Assembly: GCA_965220965.1 (NCBI GenBank)
Contig: OZ244852.1
Coordinates: 2,432,001-2,496,000, forward strand
DNA length: 64,000 nt
Source of the DNA: Candidatus Marinacidobacterium sp.
GTDB lineage: Bacteria > Acidobacteriota > Vicinamibacteria > Marinacidobacterales > Marinacidobacteraceae
Direction of reading: 5' to 3'
Part shown: one piece after another, positions 1 through 9,194 of the stretch
Numbering within the stretch: the stretch's first letter is position 1
How the letters are laid out: each line of letters starts with the position of its first letter
Position numbers and translations under genes: made by a program
The notes under the pieces: model-generated
Seen by the model: only the letters and a program-made list of their open reading frames with translations
Database searches by the model: none
What the model was told of the DNA's origin: nothing

Positions 1-1
1 G

Positions 2-328
2 ACGCGCCTCTTCGCCGCCGGGCTCGCCCTCGCGAACAGTCACGGTGGGTTCCTCGTTGTTGACGAGGCCGAAAACGGAATCCACTATTCGATTCAGCCG
101 GCCTTCTGGCGCATGGTGCTCAGGGCGGCTCACGAATACAACGTCCAGGTTCTCGCGACGACACACAGCAGCGACTGCATTCGGGGGTTTGCGCAGGCGG
201 CCAGCGAGACGGAGGAGGCCGAAGGGATCCTGGTTCGACTCGATCGCGACGGCCCGGACCTGAGGGCCACCGAGTACACCGAGGAGGACCTGACGACGGC
301 GGCGACGCAGGGCATCGAAGTCCGATAG
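2..328 (+). CDS. ABC-type (AAA_21/AAA_15-like) ATPase, C-terminal part (5' truncated by window edge)
   Basis: Frame open from position 2: FLVVDEAENGIH (Walker B/D-loop) and VLATTHS (H-loop); ends GIEVR; 2 nt before the DUF3226-like gene. Confidence 0.85.
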   Translation, partial: TRLFAAGLALANSHGGFLVVDEAENGIHYSIQPAFWRMVLRAAHEYNVQVLATTHSSDCIRGFAQAASETEEAEGILVRLDRDGPDLRATEYTEEDLTTAATQGIEVR

Positions 329-330
329 AC

Positions 331-954
331 GTGAGTCCGCCGCCGCCTCGTATCCTGCTCGTCGAGGGGCCGGATGATGAGCATGTCGTGAAGCATCTCT
401 GGGGTCGCGAACGCGACGTACCCTTCGAAATCAGCAGCAAGGGGGGTTACCCAAGCCTCAAGGCCGCAATCGGCCCCGAGATCATGGTTTCCGGCCGGGT
501 TGCTCTGGGGATCCTGGTGGATGCGAACGATGACCCCGACGCGCGATGGGACGAGGTGAAGAGTCGTCTCAAGAGGTACGGCTGCGATCTTCCGAGGGCG
601 GCCGCTCGCACGGGGACGATCGTTGATGGGTCACCCCGAGTCGGCGTCTGGCTGATGCCCGATAACGAGTCATCCGGCGAGCTGGAGGATTTCATCGAGC
701 AACTGATCCCGCCGGAAGATAAGGTGTGGCCCCGCGCGGTGAGCTACATCGACGGTATTCCCGAGAATGAGAGGCGGTTTGCCTCGGGGAAGATCCAGCG
801 AGCCAGGATCCACGCTTGGCTTGCGGCGCGAAAGGAGCCCCGGAAAATGGGCGCCGCGATCCGCGCCGGTGATCTGGATCGGAGCGCCCCCTACGGGGCC
901 TCATTGCGGAATTGGCTTGAGGCGCTCTTCGGAGAAGCCGGTGGGGCGGGCTAG
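331..954 (+). CDS. DUF3226-like TOPRIM-fold protein, partner of the ATPase
   Basis: [32 protein letters not shown] motifs. Confidence 0.75.
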   Translation: MSPPPPRILLVEGPDDEHVVKHLWGRERDVPFEISSKGGYPSLKAAIGPEIMVSGRVALGILVDANDDPDARWDEVKSRLKRYGCDLPRAAARTGTIVDGSPRVGVWLMPDNESSGELEDFIEQLIPPEDKVWPRAVSYIDGIPENERRFASGKIQRARIHAWLAARKEPRKMGAAIRAGDLDRSAPYGASLRNWLEALFGEAGGAG

Positions 955-1043
955 GTAGAGCGCGAAGGGCCGTCGACCGATTCGCGGGTGGTGTCGCGGA
1001 CCGGAGAGCGCCGGTGAGCGTCATCCCCCGGAGGGATGTCTTG

Positions 1044-1757
1044 ATGGCGCAGAGCTCCGGCATCGAGTGGACCGAGGCGACCTGGAACCCGGTCACCGGC
1101 TGCACGAAGGTCAGCCCGGGGTGCAGGTTCTGCTACGCCGAGCGCATGGCGGGGCGGCTCCAGGCGATGGGCCAGGCGAACTACGCCGCCGGATTCCGGC
1201 TGACTCTCCAGCCGCGCATGCTCGACCGCCCTCTCCGCTGGAAGCGGCCGCAGACCGTGTTCGTGAACTCGATGAGCGACCTGTTCCATCCGGAGGTTCC
1301 GCCCGACTTCATCCGCCGGGTCTTCTCCGTCATGCAGGAGGCGCACTGGCATCGGTTCCAGGTCCTGACGAAGCGGGCGGAACGGCTCGCCGAAATCGCC
1401 CCCGACCTGCCCTGGCCAGGTCAGGTGTGGATGGGAGTGAGCGTCGAGAACGGGCGCTACCGGGAGCGGGTGGCGCGGCTCCGGTCGGTCCCCGCGAAGG
1501 TCCGCTTCCTGTCGCTTGAACCGCTGCTCGGTCCGTTGCCGGAGCTCGACCTCGAGGGGATCCACTGGGTCATCGTAGGGGGCGAGTCCGGCCCGCGCTC
1601 CCGGCCGATGGATCCGGGCTGGGCCCGGGATATCCGGGACCAGTGCGTTGACGCTGGGGTCCCGTTTTTCTTCAAGCAGTGGGGCGGCGCGCGGCGGAAG
1701 GCGGCGGGGCGGCGCCTCGACGGCCGGGAGTGGAACCAGATGCCGGCGCGCGTCTGA
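1044..1757 (+). CDS. Phage Gp37/Gp68 family (DUF5131) radical-SAM-like protein
   Basis: [27 protein letters not shown] (Cx6Cx2C), [27 protein letters not shown]. Confidence 0.9.
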   Translation: MAQSSGIEWTEATWNPVTGCTKVSPGCRFCYAERMAGRLQAMGQANYAAGFRLTLQPRMLDRPLRWKRPQTVFVNSMSDLFHPEVPPDFIRRVFSVMQEAHWHRFQVLTKRAERLAEIAPDLPWPGQVWMGVSVENGRYRERVARLRSVPAKVRFLSLEPLLGPLPELDLEGIHWVIVGGESGPRSRPMDPGWARDIRDQCVDAGVPFFFKQWGGARRKAAGRRLDGREWNQMPARV

Positions 1758-1800
1758 GGGCGCCGCCTCGCCGGGGATGACCGGCTGCGGGCCGGTACAC

Positions 1801-1833
1801 AGAAAGACCCGGCCGGGATGCCCCGGCCGGGTC
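1801..1833 (-). terminator. Intrinsic terminator between convergent genes
   Basis: Perfect 12-bp stem GACCCGGCCGGG-ATGC-CCCGGCCGGGTC followed by TTTCT on the minus strand; a second 11-bp stem lies at 1850-1875. Confidence 0.7.
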
Positions 1834-1887
1834 AGCAGGCTGTCATGGAGGGTCCCGGGGGGAGCCCCGGGACCCGATGACTACGAA

Positions 1888-2157
1888 CTACTCGACGTAG
1901 CTGTAGCCGCAGTTCTCGCAGGTCCAGGTGCGGCCCTGCCGATACATGAGGGCGCCGCACTGCGGACAGGCGCGGGTGTCCTCATCGCCGGAGTCCTCGC
2001 CGAAGAGCGCGTCGTAATCGAGCTCCTCCTGCTTCTCCTCCTCTTTCTTCTCGTCCTCCTCCTGCTGCTGTCCGGCCGCGAACGAGGCGGCGCCGACGAC
2101 GCCGGCGAAGGCGAGACCGGCGCCCCTGAGGAAGGCGCGGCGGTTCAGATCGTCCAT
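1888..2157 (-). CDS. Small Tat-signal protein with acidic linker and C-terminal Zn-ribbon/rubredoxin-like motif
   Basis: NRRAFL twin-arginine signal; CPQCG...CENCG; strong SD AGGAGA upstream. Confidence 0.8.
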   Translation of the reverse strand: MDDLNRRAFLRGAGLAFAGVVGAASFAAGQQQEEDEKKEEEKQEELDYDALFGEDSGDEDTRACPQCGALMYRQGRTWTCENCGYSYVE

Positions 2158-2200
2158 TTTGGGGTTTCTCCTTGTCTTCGGGGAGGTGTGGGGGTTCGGA

Positions 2201-3526
2201 TCAGTCGCCGTAGCCTACCGTCGAGCGGGCGAATTCCTTCACCTTCTCGGCGGTCCGGCGCTCTTCGACGATCTTCTCCCAGTCCACCGCAGGCTCCTTG
2301 ACCTCGGCGGTCGGCGGAAGGATGTACGGCGGCAGGTTGTACTCGTCCTTGAACATCTGGGTCCGGACGTGCCCGGTGGCGTACTCGGCGTTCTCTCCGC
2401 TCATGAGGTAGGTCAGGGTGGGGACCAGATCCCGCCGCTGCACCCGCTCGGTCACGGTGTGGCCCTTCTTGAAGTCGGGCCCGAGCGCCATGAACCACAC
2501 GTAGTGGGCGTAGTAGTTGCCCGGGCTGTGGCCAAGCTGCCCGTAGATGTTCACCTCGTCGTCGCGGCCGCACTCGGGGCGGATCACCAGCGCCGTCGTA
2601 TCCCGCAGGTACGGGTCAGCCTGGATCTCCCTCCACAGGTTGCCGATCAGCTCATCGGTGGTCTTGATGTGCTTGATGTACTCCCAGTAGTCCGTGTTGT
2701 AGTCCCAGAACCCGAAGTCGGCGTGAGCGTCGTCGAGCGCGAGGATCTGCGCGGTGATCGAACGCGGCTTGAACTCCTTGAGGATCTGCGGCACGAGCGT
2801 GAGCACCTGCGCGTCTCCGTAGGGGATCTCCCGGTTGATCACCGGCTCCTTGGTGGACGGCGGGATGTAGGACTTGCTCTCCAGCACGCTGGCGATGAAG
2901 TCCTCGACCTGCTTGCGCTGCTGCGGCGTGTGTCCGAGGCCCTTCTCGACGTTCAGGTCGACGATCTGGGCCGCGTTCAGCGGCTGCTCCGGATAGAAGA
3001 TCCGGTTCATGGTCAGGCTGGTCGAACCATCCTTGACCCCGTAGTCGGGATGCTGGCTGAAGTGCTTCACATCCCAGGTCCACGCCCGGTAGTAGGACGC
3101 GCCCTGCAGGGTCCAGTAGTCCGTCGCCGGTCCCCCGGTCTTGCTCCGGATGTACTCCGCCCAGGTGGGGTAGCGGGGCCGCTGCGCCGGAGCGTCGCGG
3201 CCGCACAGGACCTCGGTGTACATGTAGCCGTGGAGGTTCGCCGTCTCGCCGTAGTCCTCGGTGAAGACAGTGGCCTCCTCGGCCATCTTCGTCTGGTGGG
3301 GCGAGTGCTCGGGGTTCCCGATCACGTCGTTCTTGCGGGCGCCGTTGCCCAGAATGACGGTGACCAGGTGCTTCGTCTTGAAGCCCGGGTTCTCGGGAAG
3401 GACCATGCCGCCCTGCGGAATCCCGGCCCCCGCCTCGAAGATCGGGCTCCCGGCCGCGTTCCGGGTCGACAGCACCGCCCCGGCGCTCGCGGCGGCGCCC
3501 AGTTTGAAGAAGTCTCTGCGGTCCAT
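2201..3526 (-). CDS. Tat-exported alkaline-phosphatase-superfamily (DUF1501-like) protein of unknown function
   Basis: DRRDFFK signal; KHLVTVILGNGAR first strand; DTTALVIRPECGR; FMALGPDFKKG; DLVPT. These match the AP/sulfatase core layout with altered metal ligands. Confidence 0.6.
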   Translation of the reverse strand: MDRRDFFKLGAAASAGAVLSTRNAAGSPIFEAGAGIPQGGMVLPENPGFKTKHLVTVILGNGARKNDVIGNPEHSPHQTKMAEEATVFTEDYGETANLHGYMYTEVLCGRDAPAQRPRYPTWAEYIRSKTGGPATDYWTLQGASYYRAWTWDVKHFSQHPDYGVKDGSTSLTMNRIFYPEQPLNAAQIVDLNVEKGLGHTPQQRKQVEDFIASVLESKSYIPPSTKEPVINREIPYGDAQVLTLVPQILKEFKPRSITAQILALDDAHADFGFWDYNTDYWEYIKHIKTTDELIGNLWREIQADPYLRDTTALVIRPECGRDDEVNIYGQLGHSPGNYYAHYVWFMALGPDFKKGHTVTERVQRRDLVPTLTYLMSGENAEYATGHVRTQMFKDEYNLPPYILPPTAEVKEPAVDWEKIVEERRTAEKVKEFARSTVGYGD

Positions 3527-5028
3527 CAGTTCAGACCCTCCTTGCCGCCGCTGGAGGCGGCCGCGGTTTCTTCATCCTCGTTGAAGAACAGAACCTTGAC
3601 TCCATCGATCTCGGGGTCGCGGTCCTCGTAGTAGGTGTAGAAGTTCATCGCGGCGTCGGAGATGCCGAGCCGGACGAGCTCCCACTCGCCCCACTCCATC
3701 GTGTCCGTCACGGTGAACGAGCCGGTCCAGATGTGGGGCTCCGGCAGCTTCGACGGCCGGTTCAGCGCGATGAAGCCGCCCATCTCGGGGGTCATGCTCT
3801 TGAGCTTGACCTTGACGGCGTCCGCGCCGTTCGGGGACCGGACATAGCCCTCGATGCCGTGGACGCCGGAGAGGTTGTCCTCGGCCAGCACGGTGATCCC
3901 CACCTGCTCGCCGAGCTTCGCCTCGGTCTTGGTGAACTGGACCGCGAGAACCTTCGCCGGGGTCTGGTCCACCATCTCCGTCTCCTGATCCACGTGGACG
4001 GTGGCGGCTTCCATCATCTTTTCCGTCCGGTTGAAGTAGTAGCGGATGTTCGTCGCGTGGTCCTTGAGGGTGACGCGCATCATCTGCCACTCGCCGCCCT
4101 CGTACCACTGCGGGATCTGGAGCGCGCCGCGGAAGTGTCCGGGCTTGCCGCCGATCATCACCATGGTCGAGCGGATCTGGTGGTAGCCGGAGGGCGATAC
4201 CCAGATGGTCTCGGCCTCCGTCGGCCCCGAGACATCGTCCTCCGCGACGACCTCGTACCGGATCAGCCCGCCGCCCGCGCGGACCCGTTCCGTCTCAACC
4301 GAGACCGACTTGAGCGTTGGCGCGTTGATGTCGGTGTGCGGGCCCTCGGAGACCTGGAAGCCGATCGGGGTCCCGTCCTCTTCCTGCATCGGCTTGTGGA
4401 AGTCCGCCCAGTAGGCCTTCCGGTCGCCGACCCGGTCGGCGATGATCGTTGTGCCAACGACGTAGCGGCCCGGCGCCGCGTAGCGGGACAGCTTGCCCCG
4501 TCCAAGGAACAGCGTCTCATCGGAGTCGTGCGGCTGGAAGTTGATGTACATCGTCGCCGCCCGGCCCAGTTCCCGGTTGTAGAACAGGGAGACGAAGGAC
4601 TGCGCCTTGTTGTAGGGCGACACGACGCGCGCGATGGCCCGGACCTCCTCGCCCGGCGCCACCGACTGGGTCAGAACGCGCATCTCGGTGAGGATCGGGG
4701 GAAGCTGGTTCCCGGTGAGGTCCACTTCCCGGAGCTGCTGGTCCCGGCGCCGGTACTGGTACTGCTCGGGGACCCGCAGGGAGGGATCGAGCGCCCAGCC
4801 GCCGTCGTTGTGGCCGCTGGAGCTGATCACGCCGAACTCGTTCAGCACCTCGTGCGGGGCCAGCAGCGGGTGGCGCTCGCCCTCGGCCGCCCTCGTCTGG
4901 GGCGCCGCCTCCTCGGTGGCCTCCTGGCCCTCTTCCTGCGCCACCGCGAAGCCCGCGGACAACAGGAGCGCCGCGGCCAGCGTGACCCACGGCGACGAGC
5001 CTCGTTTGGAGCTGTTGAGCAACAGCAT
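3526..5028 (-). CDS. Sec-exported protein with three tandem ~120-aa beta-sandwich (Ig-like) repeats
   Basis: Signal peptide ending AVA-Q; repeats AEDDVSG/AEDNLSG, SPSG/SPNG, GxY/W...DxxxD/N; SD GGAGGAGG; TGATG overlap with the next gene. Confidence 0.7.
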   Translation of the reverse strand: MLLLNSSKRGSSPWVTLAAALLLSAGFAVAQEEGQEATEEAAPQTRAAEGERHPLLAPHEVLNEFGVISSSGHNDGGWALDPSLRVPEQYQYRRRDQQLREVDLTGNQLPPILTEMRVLTQSVAPGEEVRAIARVVSPYNKAQSFVSLFYNRELGRAATMYINFQPHDSDETLFLGRGKLSRYAAPGRYVVGTTIIADRVGDRKAYWADFHKPMQEEDGTPIGFQVSEGPHTDINAPTLKSVSVETERVRAGGGLIRYEVVAEDDVSGPTEAETIWVSPSGYHQIRSTMVMIGGKPGHFRGALQIPQWYEGGEWQMMRVTLKDHATNIRYYFNRTEKMMEAATVHVDQETEMVDQTPAKVLAVQFTKTEAKLGEQVGITVLAEDNLSGVHGIEGYVRSPNGADAVKVKLKSMTPEMGGFIALNRPSKLPEPHIWTGSFTVTDTMEWGEWELVRLGISDAAMNFYTYYEDRDPEIDGVKVLFFNEDEETAAASSGGKEGLN

Positions 5029-5157
5029 GGGCGATGTCCTCCTCCGCCCGGAAGGACCCGGCGAGGGGCAGGAAACCCCACGCTCGACCGGCCCTTACGG
5101 GAGAAAGGTTTGTACCGCCCCGGAGGCCGTCATGTCAAACGGGACAAGGGCGCAAGG

Positions 5158-6582
5158 TCACGCCCTGGCGGAGGGCTCCCCCTGGCCCACATCCCGGATC
5201 ATGAGGGCGACCCGCCGGAGCGACGGACTCAGCCCGGCGCGCTCCGCCAACCGTCTCAGATCCCACTGCGCGACGGTGCGCATGTCGAGCCGCATCTGGC
5301 CCTCGAGCTCGTCGAAGACGGCCCGATAGTCGCGCACCGCGCCGCTCTCGTCCCCGGCGGCGAGCCGGGCCGCCGCGAGCAGCAGCTTCTGGCGCGCGGA
5401 CCCGGTGGGGTCCTTCCCGACAGCCTCCTCGAACAGGCCGACGGCTTCTTGGTGCCGCCCCTGGAGGTAGACCGCGTTCGCCAGGTTGTAGCGCCCGAAG
5501 ACGAAATCGGGGGCGAGCTCCAGGGACCGCCGGAACGCGGCCTCCGCTTCGGGAAGCCGGTCGAGCTCCCGTAGGGTGACGCCCAGGTTCGAGGCCAGCG
5601 AGTGGCTCAGCGGGTCCAGTTCCGCCGCCCGCTCCAGCGGCGCGAGGGCGTCCCCCGGACGCTCCAGTTCGCCGAGCGACGCGCCCATGTTGGCCCAGGC
5701 CGGGCCGAAGGCGGGCAGCGCCGCGGTCGCACGGGTGAAGGAGCCGAGCGCCGCCTCGAGGTCATCCAGCACGATCATCGTCTTGCCGAGTTCGAAGTGG
5801 GCCGCGGCGAAGGCGGAGTCGCGCTCGATGGATTCGCGGAAGGCGTTCGCAGCCTCCGCCGGCTTGCGCCGCTCGGCGAGCGAGCAACCGAGCAGCAGGT
5901 GCGCCACCGGGTTCTCCGGATCCGCGCGGACGCCGGCCTCGGCGGCCTTTGCCCGGACGACCACATCGGGCGCGTGGAGCGCGACCCTCAGGACGGCGCG
6001 CGCATCTGAGGCGGCGGCGAGTTCAAGCGCCCCCGGCCCGGAATCGGCCGCCGGCGCCGACGGTGGGTCCGGCGGCCGGACGACTTCGAACTGGCAGGCG
6101 GCGCCCCGACCCTGAAGCAGGTCCACCGCCCGCCGCACGACCTCCCCCTCCTCCGCCGACGCCGCCAGGTCGCGCTCGCCGGCGCCCAGATGCGTCAGCC
6201 GGGCCAGCACATAGGCGGGCGTCGCCACCGCCGGGGCTGGCGGGACCTCGCCCGGCCCCTTCGACCGCCGGATCGGCTGCCGGCAGGGAAAGGCGAGATG
6301 GAGGTCGGGGACGAAGAGGACGCCAGCCTCCTCGGGCAAGGGCTCCAATTCGTGGAGCAGCAGCGGCAGATCGACCGCCGGCGGCGCCCCGAACACCGCG
6401 CCATCCGAGGTCCCGGCCGCCGCTTCGGCGGCCTCCCGCGCGGCGTCCCCATGCCGGCTCAGGAAGAGCCGCCAGCGGCGCCCTTCCGACGGCGCCCGGT
6501 GGGCCGGCCACCCGCCGTTCCAGGCGTCGCTGGCGGCCGGCGGCGCCGCCGTCAGACCGGCGCGCTCAACCCGCTCCCACAT
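5158..6582 (-). CDS. Tetratricopeptide repeat protein
   Basis: Multiple TPR units (AHFELG, AWANMG, ASNLG, GRYNLA). Start taken at ATG 6582 behind TAGAAT; the longer ORF overlaps the divergent gene. Confidence 0.8.
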   Translation of the reverse strand: MWERVERAGLTAAPPAASDAWNGGWPAHRAPSEGRRWRLFLSRHGDAAREAAEAAAGTSDGAVFGAPPAVDLPLLLHELEPLPEEAGVLFVPDLHLAFPCRQPIRRSKGPGEVPPAPAVATPAYVLARLTHLGAGERDLAASAEEGEVVRRAVDLLQGRGAACQFEVVRPPDPPSAPAADSGPGALELAAASDARAVLRVALHAPDVVVRAKAAEAGVRADPENPVAHLLLGCSLAERRKPAEAANAFRESIERDSAFAAAHFELGKTMIVLDDLEAALGSFTRATAALPAFGPAWANMGASLGELERPGDALAPLERAAELDPLSHSLASNLGVTLRELDRLPEAEAAFRRSLELAPDFVFGRYNLANAVYLQGRHQEAVGLFEEAVGKDPTGSARQKLLLAAARLAAGDESGAVRDYRAVFDELEGQMRLDMRTVAQWDLRRLAERAGLSPSLRRVALMIRDVGQGEPSARA

Positions 6583-6630
6583 GCCAGCGCCGAATTCTAA
6601 GGAAGGCGCGCGTATCCTTCGGTTCACGCC

Positions 6631-7290
6631 ATGACGAACACGCTCCACCGCTACGGCGCTCCGGAGACGCTGACGGACGACTACATCGTGTTTGCGATGG
6701 CGGCCAGGGGGATCAACGACGAGGGCTCCCCGGAGAAACTGCGCCGGTTCACCGACATCGCGCTGCGGCACGGACCGATCAATCTGGGCGACGCCACCCG
6801 GGGCGGGATCTTCCGGTCCTCGAGACTGAACCCGCTCGCGCACTGGCGCCGGCGGAAGCGGCTCCCGAAGAAGGCGATCCGCGAAGGCGTCAATGCGCCC
6901 ACCGTCGTGTCCGCCGTCTTCGACCGGGAAGAGAACCTGGTCGCGTTCCTCTCCGACCTCCGCGAGGCGGATCTCGGACTCTCGATCAACGTCAGCGGCC
7001 TCCTGGACCGCGCCGACGACCTCGCCCGCGAGGCCGGGATCACCCGGCACAGCATCGAATACTCGTTGGGCTTCTTCGGCAACCTGGACCGCCTTCCCGA
7101 CCGGGCGACGCTGACGCTCTCCACGATGTGCGGCCACGGGATGCTCTCGTTCGGCTTCGCCCGAAAGATGCTCGACTGGGTGCGCACCGGGCGGCGGGGG
7201 CCCGACGAGTGCGCCGAGGCGATGGCGCGTTTCTGCTCCTGCGGGGTGTTCAACACGACCCGCGCCCGCCGCATCCTGCGCGGGGGCTAA
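6631..7290 (+). CDS. Conserved hypothetical protein with Cys/His metal-binding motifs
   Basis: MTNTLHR start, TMCGHG and FCSCGVFN motifs; coding-like codon usage. Confidence 0.7.
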   Translation: MTNTLHRYGAPETLTDDYIVFAMAARGINDEGSPEKLRRFTDIALRHGPINLGDATRGGIFRSSRLNPLAHWRRRKRLPKKAIREGVNAPTVVSAVFDREENLVAFLSDLREADLGLSINVSGLLDRADDLAREAGITRHSIEYSLGFFGNLDRLPDRATLTLSTMCGHGMLSFGFARKMLDWVRTGRRGPDECAEAMARFCSCGVFNTTRARRILRGG

Positions 7291-7298
7291 GGCTCAGC

Positions 7299-7715
7299 GT
7301 GCCCCAGGCAAAACAGTCCCCCGGGGAGTCCGGCCCGCCCGAGGCGCATGCGGAACTGGTCCGGATCGCGCGGATCATCAACTGGGACTACACCTACGAC
7401 CCGAACGAACTCGCGGAAGTTCTCGCCGGCCGGCGCGAGCGCGTGGGTCACTTCGACCGGGAAGCGCTCTTCGCGCGGATGCTCGCGACCTTTCCGTGGC
7501 ATCGCATCGTGGGAGCGCTCGGCATCGAGGAGGTCGAGGCGCTTCTCACGCCAGAGGCCATCGCCCGCCTCTGGCCGCCTTCCCTGAGAGAGCACTATGC
7601 AAGGGTCCGAGGCCTATTACGAGGAGATCCTGTACCCCCTGCAGACTGGAGTGCTGAGAGCGCTCGCCGACTGCGGGACACCGTTCTATCTGACCGGTGG
7701 TACAGCGCTCCATAG
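7299..7715 (+). CDS. Putative antitoxin/partner of the AbiEii-type nucleotidyltransferase
   Basis: GTG at 7299; INWDY motif, helical; 3' end overlaps the AbiEii gene by 119 nt. Confidence 0.55.
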   Translation: MPQAKQSPGESGPPEAHAELVRIARIINWDYTYDPNELAEVLAGRRERVGHFDREALFARMLATFPWHRIVGALGIEEVEALLTPEAIARLWPPSLREHYARVRGLLRGDPVPPADWSAESARRLRDTVLSDRWYSAP

Positions 7716-8283
7716 GCACTACTTCGACGACCGCTACTCTGACGATCTCGATCTCTTCGTGAATCGGGATCCCGCTTTCGGGAGTCTCGTGAGAAGGGCG
7801 GTCGCCGGGCTGCGGAGCGCAGGTCACCACCCCGATGCAACAGCCGGGCTGGCCCGATCCGATCACGCCAGGGTGGTCATCACGACGCCCGAGGCCTCGT
7901 TGACCGTGGACTTCGTCAACGACGCGGCGGTCCGCTTTGGGGACTTCGTATCCGGAACGCTCTTCCCCCGAATCGACAGTCTGCGCAACATCCTCTCGAA
8001 CAAGATCACCGCGCTGTCCCGCCTCGAGCCCAAGGATGTCGCCGATGTGTGGACGCTGGCCCGACACCTCACGTTCGACTGGCGGGAGCTCATCGAGGAG
8101 GCCGGGGAAAAGGAGCTGGGGTTCGCCGCCGAGAGCGTGGGTGACCTGATCCGCTCGTTCCCGCCCTCCATGTTCGGGTTGATTCGCTGGCGGCGGACGC
8201 CGGACCGCGAGCGGTTCTTCGAGGATCTCAACGCCATCGCTTCGGATCTGATCCGGCTGCGTAAGAACTCTCTGTGTTCCTGA
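7597..8283 (+). CDS. Nucleotidyltransferase AbiEii/AbiGii toxin family protein
   Basis: FYLTGGTAL, RYSDDLDLF, NKITAL, EPKDVAD motifs. Confidence 0.85.
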   Translation: MQGSEAYYEEILYPLQTGVLRALADCGTPFYLTGGTALHRHYFDDRYSDDLDLFVNRDPAFGSLVRRAVAGLRSAGHHPDATAGLARSDHARVVITTPEASLTVDFVNDAAVRFGDFVSGTLFPRIDSLRNILSNKITALSRLEPKDVADVWTLARHLTFDWRELIEEAGEKELGFAAESVGDLIRSFPPSMFGLIRWRRTPDRERFFEDLNAIASDLIRLRKNSLCS

Positions 8284-8392
8284 GAGGCTCCGGCGCTTCG
8301 TCCTGGCCGCGCACGAACCGCTGACGAACCGACTCGAGGCGAAGTCGGCCCCTGCCGGCCGCCGCGCGCCCCTGGCGTCGGCGAGACCGTCT

Positions 8393-9187
8393 TCAGTTCG
8401 GCCGGCCGAGCCCCAGATTCGTCTTCCCGCGCCAGGCCGCCACTCCGGAGGCCGCGAGCAGATCCCCGAGGGGCTCCTCACCATCCGGCCCGCACCGCGT
8501 CGAGGCGCCCACCGAGATGATCGTGTCGGATTGGTCGGCGGCCTCCCGCACGGCGGTGAGGATGTCCGGGACCCGGTCCATCGCGACCTTGATCTCCACG
8601 ATGGCGGAGAGCACCCGCTCATCGAGCAGGTCCTCGCGGATGGCGCCGGTCGCGCTGTCCGCCATCAGCTTCGTGACCGGGTTGTTCGGCTCGAAGTAGA
8701 CGTCCAGGTCCGCGAGACGGCGGGTGACCCGGTCCATGTCGCGAAAGCTCGCGGTCACTCCCGGCCGCCCGAACTCGACGGTCATCCCGCACTCGCCCTC
8801 GGCGACGCGCCCGGTGACATCGTTCGTCTTGACCTCTTCGGTGCCCCGGCCGTGAACCCCGGTGGCCTCGTGGGAAACCAGCGGGTCACTGAAGGCGCGG
8901 CGCACGATGCGGGGCCAGCTCAGCTCCTGCGGCTGGATAGCCGATGTGGGGCAGACGTCCGGAGCGGGGTCGAACCTGAGGCGGAACCACGACAGGACGC
9001 GCCGGAACCCCCGCACCAGCGTCGGGTTCAGACGCTCGGTGCTGAGCCCGCGATAGCAGGAGAAGCACTCCACGCACTGGTCCTGGTCCACCGCGGCGCG
9101 CCCGTCGGCGCCGATCGAGATGGCCGAGACCGGACAGACCGCCACGCAGTTCCCGCAGCCCACACAGAGGCTCTTCGAGATCTGCAC
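8393..9187 (-). CDS. 2x[4Fe-4S] ferredoxin-domain protein with uncharacterised C-terminal domain
   Basis: CVGCGNCVAVCP and CVECFSC...DVCP; GRGTEEVKTNDVTGR; KTNLGLGR end. Confidence 0.8.
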   Translation of the reverse strand: MQISKSLCVGCGNCVAVCPVSAISIGADGRAAVDQDQCVECFSCYRGLSTERLNPTLVRGFRRVLSWFRLRFDPAPDVCPTSAIQPQELSWPRIVRRAFSDPLVSHEATGVHGRGTEEVKTNDVTGRVAEGECGMTVEFGRPGVTASFRDMDRVTRRLADLDVYFEPNNPVTKLMADSATGAIREDLLDERVLSAIVEIKVAMDRVPDILTAVREAADQSDTIISVGASTRCGPDGEEPLGDLLAASGVAAWRGKTNLGLGRPN

Positions 9188-9194
9188 TTCGGCG

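Noticed and set aside
1044-1757. Prophage implied by the Gp37/Gp68 name
   Set aside because: The family is common outside phages and there are no other phage genes.
2159-5574. Long antisense ORFs (e.g. 2159..3631, 3733..5574 and many similar ones across the window)
   Set aside because: Shadow ORFs of GC-rich coding strands; no motifs, and they fully overlap well-supported genes.
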